64,000 bases of DNA from Laetmonice hystrix. Taxonomy: Eukaryota. The translations under genes were made by a program, and so were the position numbers. Each line of letters starts with the position of its first letter. Within the stretch, counting starts at the first letter, position 1. Under the pieces are notes generated by a model. The model saw nothing but the letters and a program-made list of their open reading frames with translations. It was not told the DNA's origin and did not search any database. Where the stretch lies: NCBI GenBank assembly GCA_965235115.1, contig OZ249436.1:41232001-41296000 (forward strand). The letters are read 5' to 3'. This document shows, one piece after another, positions 61,050 through 64,000 of the stretch.

Positions 61050-63427
61050 AATATATATAAATTGACCATAAACAAGCGCGTGATGATTTAAAAAGTGAGT
61101 TATGTGAAACAATTACCACACTTTGCTCGGTGAACGTTGCACTATTGTTTATGATATTTTATAGATAATAATTCTTTTTCTTAATGCATTTTCTTAGCAA
61201 GAAGGTTTCTACGCCTATTTGTGTCGTGACGTGGTGCATGAGACGGAATCTGGTTATGACGTCATTCCCACCATACAAGCCAAGGTCACCGTTCAACCAA
61301 TAGCTAACGACGAGACAACATGGGTCCCAGAACAACAAACCAACGATAACATCAGCTTTCCATACAGCACTGGACATAGAACATGTTTGCAACAAAAACA
61401 GCATCTTTCACTTGGATATACGATAGGAGTAGCGTGTTTAGGCCTTTCCAGTTTCCCTTCTGGTCTGCTGTTTGACAGATATGGCCTGCGGCTGACTAGA
61501 ACTATCACCGTGTGAGCAAACTCTTTCTAGTACTGGGTGTTGAATTCAATACGCCACCATTTAACCTGATCAGAGTAAACTCGTCCTCGGTACAGGTGAA
61601 TCGAGATTGAACTGGCAATAATAACGCTCATGTAATTTGTTTGAAAAAAGAAAATAACATTCGCTACCTAAATTCATATATAGGACAAGAGTTGTTCATG
61701 CAAGTTATTTTGGTTGCAGCTTCATGGGACTGACTGGTTACATCCTACTAGCCGTGGCCTCACCAAAAGGTACGTCTACACGACTAAAACTACGCCACCG
61801 TAGATGTGACAAAAGATATCATACCATATTTGGAATAACAAAGTCTTGTTGTTTTTGCAGAGTATCCGTGGATAATATTCCCAGGCGCTGCCCTCCTTGG
61901 GATAAGCACAGGAGCTATGTTATTGACAACAACTCATGTAAGTTTTTGTTTGCTTTACAAGATTTACAGTAACAAATGTGAAGTCAACATGTGTGATGTC
62001 GAACTTCTTCGTAGATTGCACGGTTTGCCAGAAAGTGGGCTTTCGCATTCGTATCGCTCTACACTGGTGTGGCACCGGCAGGAACCACCTTCCAAGTTGT
62101 CAAGGTAACATAAACAAACCTGTACCTGTCAAGGTCTGATTTATGGGTATCGTCACCTGATAAATATAATCAACTCAAAAAAGGTTTAGAAATTCGTTGT
62201 CAGTCACCCACATCTCGGTTATTTGTCACCTGGTCATATCATGTCACATATCAATAGAACGAGCATTCATTTCTGTTCACAACGACACTAATCACTTATT
62301 TGAGGGCTCAGCAACTCACAGCAACCCACAGTAAATGCGGGTAAGGTCTCAAACAAAATCTGCCAAATTTGTCATTATCTGTGCTCAACAGAATAACCAA
62401 CCCTCTATTAGTAACAATCAGCTCTTTATCAGTAACAGCCAGACAGTGACAGGGTTTTCTTTTAAAGGTGGGGTACGATCACGGTGTGACTCGTGCCTAC
62501 ACCCTGCTCGGACTTGGCGCTGTCTGGTTCCTGGTGCTTTTCTCTACTTGGGTCCTCCTGCCCAAATACAAGGTCCTCCTGCCGGTCTCAGCCACGTCAG
62601 ACAGACAAGGGGACTCGGGTATCTTATCAATAAGGTTTTGCTGTTAACCCCACGGACAAAAATACATGTATCAATATTTATGCAGTTATTTATGCAGTGT
62701 TGGTTCTGATTTTCTGAGATTTAAAAAAGAATCGTGGATTTGAAATTGTGCCCACCTAACATTACGTGCTATAATTACCGGTCTGAAAATCATACAGTGT
62801 CAGTCCCACGGGGTGAAACTTTACAGGTAAATCTGGGAGCGTGGTGAAGAATGACCAAAATGAACAGGTTGTGGTAGGAGCAAAGGGCTCGCATCCTCTG
62901 GAAGATATGACCCACAATGAACAGAACAAGAAAGAGAAGGTGACCTTGCGAGCGTGCGTGTTCTCACCACTGTACATATGTTTCCTGCTATGGTTTGTTT
63001 CACTACACGTTCGGAATCACATGTTTGTCAACGTTTTCACAGCCTGGATCACTGAGGTGGTTCAGGGGGACATCAACAAAGGTAGTGTGGTCATGAACTT
63101 CTGTGGGGATAAGGGCCTTGGTGAGAATGATTCTCTGTCCCCACCCCTGGCTGTTTGTAAGAGGCAACGAATGGGGCTAGGGCTGGTGTGGTGAAATGGT
63201 CGAGTGTCGGATTGCAGTATCATCTGTGTGGCACAGATCGATTTCCGGTCTTTCAATACAAATTCTCTCACTGGGTTTCAGTGAAATCACTAATTGTTTG
63301 TGGTTGTTTTATTCTTTCTATATAGTAAGTTACTACACAAACGTCCTGGCCTACACTTTCATGGCGGGAATTCCTCTCGCTCCTATCCCGGGAACTATCA
63401 TCGATTACGGACGTAATCATCTCACAG
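60792..63427 (+). CDS. SLC43A3-like: SLC43A3-like transporter, copy 2, exons 1-8 (3' part outside the window)
   Basis: Exons 60792-60905, 61198-61511, 61720-61769, 61861-61937, 62015-62104, 62468-62618, 62827-63081, 63326-63427. Same lengths as copy 1, open frame, 6 aa differences seen. Confidence 0.85.
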
Positions 63428-64000
63428 GTGAGTCAAATCAAATATTCAATTATTTATTATATGCGCATTCCATCTACCAGTGCCATTCATGGGGAGGGGG
63501 TGCCATGCGGTGGTCCATATGGAACACGTGTTCCATACGAACTGATTGGGGCGATGCAACGTTAAGGGTTTTGTGTCAATTATTTCATATAGATTTTACA
63601 AATTGGTGATACTGCTTGTAGTCTGGTAATTATGTTCCATGGCACTGCCTACTTGCCTGATTGGATTTCGGGAATATTTTTTTAAAATATTTAAAAAACA
63701 GCAAATATGGAATGACGTGTGTCTTTTCCTAGACCTGCAGCCCACCTACCCGATAGAGTTTTAGCCGGGCGACTTTACACCCTTTTCACAGAACGCGAGA
63801 CTATAGCCACAATCACGTGATCATGTCACCTGTTACAACGCTGCAATATCTGCAGGTCAGACATTCCCGCTGGCGGAAAGCAGCGTTGTTTTTGAGTGTT
63901 CCCGACAAGAAATGTGGAATGTGAAGGTGACAGTGCATTTCGCTGCTGTCTGTTTACAATACATACGTATATTAAACCTAGGAAGTATCCTCGGGACGGA

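Overview
Eukaryotic, intron-rich and TE-rich DNA from an invertebrate animal; the taxon cannot be fixed from the sequence. Reading splice sites by hand gives three main components. (1) A complete 22-exon + strand gene (3744-15393, about 881 aa) with an unusual layout: calycin/lipocalin-like N-terminus, degenerate BTB, helical region, BTB-BACK, and a C-terminal HBS1-N-like UBA/CUE domain. One of its introns holds a 53-bp minisatellite amplified from its own splice acceptor. (2) A tandem pair of SLC43A3-like MFS transporter genes: copy 1 is complete (37255-47583, 526 aa) and copy 2 starts at 60792 and runs off the window. (3) An intact 5.7-kb I-group (Nimb-like) LINE with a 13-bp TSD inside intron 8 of copy 1. 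The rest is non-autonomous DNA transposons (hAT-, Tc1/mariner-, piggyBac-, Kolobok- and EnSpm-like, often nested), decayed LINE and BEL fragments, minisatellites and microsatellites. No tRNA, rRNA or CRISPR was seen. Gene models and family labels come from manual reading and motif recognition, not from searches or transcript data.
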